Below are positions 61,440 through 64,000 of a stretch of DNA of 64,000 nucleotides, piece after piece. This DNA is from Heteronotia binoei. Taxonomy: Eukaryota. The position numbers and the translations under genes were made by a program. How positions within the stretch are numbered: position 1 is the stretch's first letter; every line of letters begins with the position of its first letter. The DNA lies in contig NC_083224.1 of NCBI RefSeq assembly GCF_032191835.1, positions 32,736,001 through 32,800,000 of the forward strand, read 5' to 3'. The notes under the pieces were generated by a model. It did no database searches. It saw only the letters and a list, made by a program, of their open reading frames with translations, and was not told where the DNA came from.

Positions 61440-61797
61440 TTGGGTTAGAATGGATAAAAGGAAGTACTTCACCCAAGGGGTGATTAACACATGGAATTCA
61501 CTGCCACAGGAGGTGGTGACAGCTACAAGCATAGCCAGCTTCAAGAGGGGACTGGATAAACATATGGAGCAGAGGTCCATCAGTGGCTATTAGCCACAGG
61601 GTATTGTTGGAACTCTCTGTCTGGAGCAGTGATGCTTGGTATTCTTGGTGCTTGGGGGGCAACAGTGGGAGGGGTTCTAGTGTCCTGGCCCTACTGATGG
61701 ACCTCCTGATGGCCTTTTTTTGACCACTGTGTGACCCATAGTGTTGGACTGGATGGGCCATTGACTTGATCCAACATGGCTTCTCTTATCTTCTTAA
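61440..61797 (+). mobile_element. CR1 LINE 3' end
   Basis: aggaagtacttcacccaaggggtgattaacacatggaattcactgcc...ccaacatggcttctcttat; same family as 29341-29800. Confidence 0.85.
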
Positions 61798-63897
61798 CTA
61801 GGGTGTACATTCAAATATACCTGGTTCTTCTCATGCCTTGTTTTTGCTTATGTGTTACATGCACTCCTGGGCAGTTTATAATCTAGGGATGAGCAGGGTT
61901 CCATTATCTTGTGAGGAATCCATTATGCTTTGTGCTGATAAAATAACTGTAAAAAGCAGTCTCAATCTGCTCATACGCATGACTTCTTGAAGATTCTTTT
62001 CATGGGCGGTTTTGCTTGTGCATATGCACTCCCGGACATGGGCTAACCTAAGGACAAATGGATGGATTCCCTAAGCTGTGCTTTGTTGGCTTCATTATGC
62101 TCTGAGTCCCACTCTAAGCCATCTTCTGACAAGAGTGGAGTCTTTTAAAATGTTGATAATGGATTTTGTGCAAGGGAAAAAAAAGTATATCCCTTTGAGA
62201 TTAGTTTTTTAAAAGTGGAATAATTGATTTCCTTGAAAGAAAAAAACCCCACAACATTGCATCCTGTGCAACACATCTGTCCTGATTGCGGGATTCAGAA
62301 CAACTTGGGAGTCAGCCAGCTGGAAGAGGGCCAGTTGGCCCTAAGTAGCATGGTCACGTGCAGAAGCCAACCCACCAGCGTTCTTACCAGAGATGACCTT
62401 GGCACTGAGAACCAGGGAAGAGGAGACCCTTCTTAGACAAGGTCAGGCAGGGTAGTCAGCTCTTTAAAGAAGTTCAGGGGAGGGGCCAGTGAGTTCATCA
62501 ATCCAAAAGCAAGTATCCACTGGTCCAGGGACCTGACAATCCTGAGGAATGGACTGAGGAGAAGAGAGGGTTGGTTGAGGCCAGGGTTGGTCCTGCCTTG
62601 GGGACACATTTAAAAGGTATGCTTAGAAGCAGCCAGGGAGAAAGAACCAGACAATAATATCTAGCTGGTACCTTCCCATCTTTATGGAGCTGCTGTGCAT
62701 CAGACCATTCATACATCTAGCCCAGTATTGTCTACCAGCTACCAGCTGTTGTCCAAAGTTGCAGGTAAGGGTTTCTCAAACTCATCAGAGTAATTTCCAT
62801 GTCCTCGTCCTCGACGAATTTTTACCAGCTGGAGCTTCTGAGCATTCATCAGGAGCAACTTGCAAAGGAAATGCCACCATATGCTTTAGTTGAAGGATTG
62901 TGAACATGCATGCTGCAATTTAGCAGTTCCATAGGACGTCAGCAAACACACAGTTGATGAGCATTCTTGTTCAACAATTTTGCTGGCAAGACTTAATTAC
63001 TGATATTGCCCAAATCAAGATAAACAAAATGAAGAAATGTACTTAAGAAGGAAAGAAAAGGCTTGGAACAGCATCAAAATTAACATGAAAATAGTGCAAT
63101 CAGATCTGAGAGCAAAACATTGTCTCTTTCATTTTTGCATTTTTTGAAGGATTGTGTTCCATTGCTCTAAATTTCTTTGATCTAAATCTCTTGGTCATTG
63201 TCTTTCTCCAAACAGCCAAAAAGTACCTGGTAGCAAGATATATCAACAATAGGGCCTTTCAGTTTAGTTTAAAAAAAAAAAAAAAAAAGCTTGGAAGAGT
63301 AGAAAAGTACCTTTTCCAAGTGTGAAATCCTTTTTGCAATTGGGAATAACGAGGACATGTCTAGCAAAATGTCACATGTTTTTGCACCCATGCAGCACTG
63401 TTGAAAAGCTGGCATTTCGGCAAACAAATTTGGCTACAGATGTGTTACAGACAGTGCCACTTTCTGACAAAGTGAGACCAGACCCAAGCAATTTTTTTTA
63501 AAGGCAGACTTTTTTTTTAAGGTAGATCTCCTCCCCCCCCCACTTTGTGAGGAATTCCATTTATTATTGACATAACACCGGTACTGTACATGCCACCTTA
63601 CAAAATAATAAAAGTAAAAAGACTGATCTTCTTGAAGAGCCTACAATGTAAATTGTAGGGGAACATCCAAGAAAGTGCGATTTTGAACCCATCAAGGGGT
63701 ATCTGACTCCTCACAACTTGACTTCTGGGACATTAAAACATCTCAAGTTCTGGGGGGAATAGACATTAACTAGAGCATCTGCTGTGCCAAACCAACACAT
63801 GGAAATATGCTTCCTAGAGTGGCTATTTAACTTGGGCTCATTGTGTCCTATAGGATCAACAACAACATTGGAAGCTACTCCAGAGGGTTGAAAACCA

Positions 63898-64000
63898 GAC
63901 TGTTTTCGCACACAGCTTGCCATGTAGTCACGTTCCTGTTCTTTCCACAGCGTCTGTCAGATTTCCCATTATCTGCGTCAGAGTTACAGGAAGTGCCGTG
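63898..64000. mobile_element. Harbinger-like MITE, left arm (runs off window)
   Basis: gactgttttcgcacacagcttgcc...gttacaggaagtgcc, colinear with 35677 onward. Confidence 0.8.

Overview
Vertebrate, repeat-rich, apparently intronic or intergenic DNA from a squamate reptile, most likely a gecko. This is inferred from Squam3-type and Sauria-type SINEs, 5S-headed SINEs and squamate CR1/L2/BovB/Penelope ends. No host protein-coding gene could be identified with confidence; two unassigned candidate exons are noted (43290-43688 minus, 59041-59259 plus). The main features are two divergent, decayed tyrosine-recombinase retrotransposons of Ngaro type on the minus strand (about 7059-13889 and 30432-35511). 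Each has the order gag (zinc knuckles), RT/(RNase H), YR, SGNH hydrolase. Comparing them shows a conserved splice acceptor fronting the hydrolase, a covarying 3' hairpin next to AATAAA, a 5' terminal hairpin, and no long split direct repeats. Copy 1 has its RT core replaced by an antisense 2-kb L1 fragment. Copy 2 sits precisely inside a CR1 3' end and has lost RNase H by internal deletion. The rest is a nested mosaic of a young 5'-truncated L2, CR1/L1/RTE/BovB fragments, Penelope ends carrying minimal hammerhead ribozyme cores, many hAT MITEs with 8-bp TSDs, palindromic Harbinger-like MITEs and microsatellites. Family names come from recalled consensus motifs, not from database searches.
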